This document shows, one piece after another, positions 41,046-41,870 of a DNA stretch of 41,870 nt. The notes beneath the pieces are model-generated. The model made no database searches and was not told the DNA's origin. It saw nothing but the letters and a program-made list of their open reading frames with translations. Source of the stretch: Oscillospiraceae bacterium (GTDB lineage Bacteria; Bacillota; Clostridia; Oscillospirales; CAG-272). The position numbers were made by a program, and so were the translations under genes. Where the stretch lies: positions 1-41,870 of the forward strand of contig SVRH01000002.1 of assembly GCA_015064925.1 (NCBI GenBank), in the 5' to 3' direction. Numbering within the stretch: position 1 is the stretch's first letter; each line of letters begins with the position of its first letter.

Positions 41046-41870
41046 TCATTTTGCACCATTTTGTCCCGAAAGTCGGATCAACAAAACCGAAATATCGGCA
41101 GGGCTGACCCCCGAAATGCGGGAGGCCTGTCCCAGCGTCAAGGGGCGGTTGGCAGCCAGCTTTTGTCTTGCCTCAATGCGCAGTCCCTCAATCCGCTCGT
41201 AGTCGATATCCGCAGGCAGACGCATATTTTCCAGCTTGCGGTTGCGCGCCACCTCCGCCATCTGACGGCGGATGTAGCCCTCGTATTTGATTTTGATCTC
41301 CACCTCGGTGACCACCGCCCTTGAAAGCGGCGGGCGAAGAGGGTCGAATTCCTTCAGATCCTCGTATCCGACCTGCGGACGGCGCAAAAGGTCTGCCAAT
41401 CGCACTCCCTCCGTGACGGGGGTAGTGCCCTTTTCCAGCAGCAGCTCGTTGAGCGCATCCTTCAGCGGAACACCGGTGTGCTCCAAGCGATCGATCTCCT
41501 GCTCCACCGCCTGCTCCTTCTGCCGAAGCGCGGCAAGCCGCTTCTCCGATACAAGCCCAACCCGATGCCCCAGCGGCATCAGACGGCTGTCGGCATTGTC
41601 CTGACGCAGCAGCAGTCGGTACTCGCTGCGGGAGGTCATCACGCGATAGGGCTCGTTGGTGCCCTTGGTCACCAGATCGTCAATAAGCATTCCGATATAG
41701 CTGTTATCACGGGTCAAGATCAGAGGCTCATCTCCACGCAGCTTCAAAACGGCGTTGATGCCCGCCACAAGTCCCTGGGCAGCAGCCTCCTCGTAGCCCG
41801 AGGTGCCGTTGAACTGTCCCGCGCCGTACAGTCCCTCGATCTCTTTGAATTCCAGTGTGGCATACAGCTG
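41046..41870 (-). CDS. mnmG: tRNA uridine 5-carboxymethylaminomethyl modification enzyme MnmG (GidA), C-terminal part; 5' end outside window
   Basis: The frame stays open to the window edge: QLYATLEFKEIEGLYGAGQFNGTSGYEEAAAQGLVAGINAVLKL...YRVMTSRSEYRLLLRQDNAD.. The C-terminal ..LGQASRISGVSPADISVLL.. is typical of MnmG. Confidence 0.92.
   Translation of the reverse strand, partial: QLYATLEFKEIEGLYGAGQFNGTSGYEEAAAQGLVAGINAVLKLRGDEPLILTRDNSYIGMLIDDLVTKGTNEPYRVMTSRSEYRLLLRQDNADSRLMPLGHRVGLVSEKRLAALRQKEQAVEQEIDRLEHTGVPLKDALNELLLEKGTTPVTEGVRLADLLRRPQVGYEDLKEFDPLRPPLSRAVVTEVEIKIKYEGYIRRQMAEVARNRKLENMRLPADIDYERIEGLRIEARQKLAANRPLTLGQASRISGVSPADISVLLIRLSGQNGAK

Noticed and set aside
1-41870. Searched by eye for tRNA/rRNA genes, CRISPR arrays, transposases or IS inverted repeats, integrases and phage genes.
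   Set aside because: No regularly spaced 25-40-bp direct repeats, no tRNA-like T-loop/acceptor pairs and no transposase- or integrase-like translations were found. The only repeats are the in-gene tandem repeats and the heptamer array listed above. A proper tRNAscan, cmscan or ISfinder run could still find what I missed.

Overview
This 41.9-kb window comes from a spore-forming Firmicute. It looks Clostridia-like, judged from spoVT, a Cys-tailed AbrB, Zn-type S14, the gene order and coding GC of roughly 55-60%. Almost all genes are on the minus strand.

Gene content by coordinate:
- 1-3771: glycine-cleavage operon gcvT-gcvH-gcvPA-gcvPB.
- 3961-5991: a low-GC islet with a lipoprotein and a ricin-lectin/caspase-like ORF that has no credible 5' end.
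- 6265-8947: asd, hom and a small repeat-containing lipoprotein.
- 9178-11910: two plus-strand lipoproteins with trigger-factor/FKBP-like parts.
- 11950-14929: a TrpB2-type gene co-oriented with a GtrII-like membrane protein.
- 15074-15619: spoVT.
- 17841-33882: a complete S10-spc-alpha ribosomal super-operon, rpsJ to rplQ, including secY, adk, map, infA, rpmJ and rpoA.
- 34423-34671: abrB.
- 36997-39879: a frameshifted M23/LytM gene, two hypotheticals and a VanY-like protein whose metal ligands look lost.
- 40334-41870: rsmG and the 3' part of mnmG.

The most interesting signal is a pair of unannotated paralogous micro-ORFs of 36 and 37 aa (15671..15781 and 34753..34866, minus strand).
- They fall below the ORF-track size cutoff.
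- Each has a strong RBS 20-27 nt after a large secreted multidomain protein gene, and each ends at a terminator shared with a convergent AbrB-fold regulator gene (spoVT or abrB).
- This three-gene architecture occurs on both sides of the ribosomal cluster.
- All nucleotide differences in the conserved peptide core are synonymous.

Other leads:
- A sharp GC break inside the lectin/protease ORF.
- An orphan promoter followed by a terminator.
- A GC-rich structured intergenic region with a 7-nt tandem repeat next to rsmG.
- A recurrent intergenic 10-mer, TTTTGTGCAR.
- Several unusual ribosomal-protein features.

I saw no tRNA, rRNA, CRISPR array or transposase.
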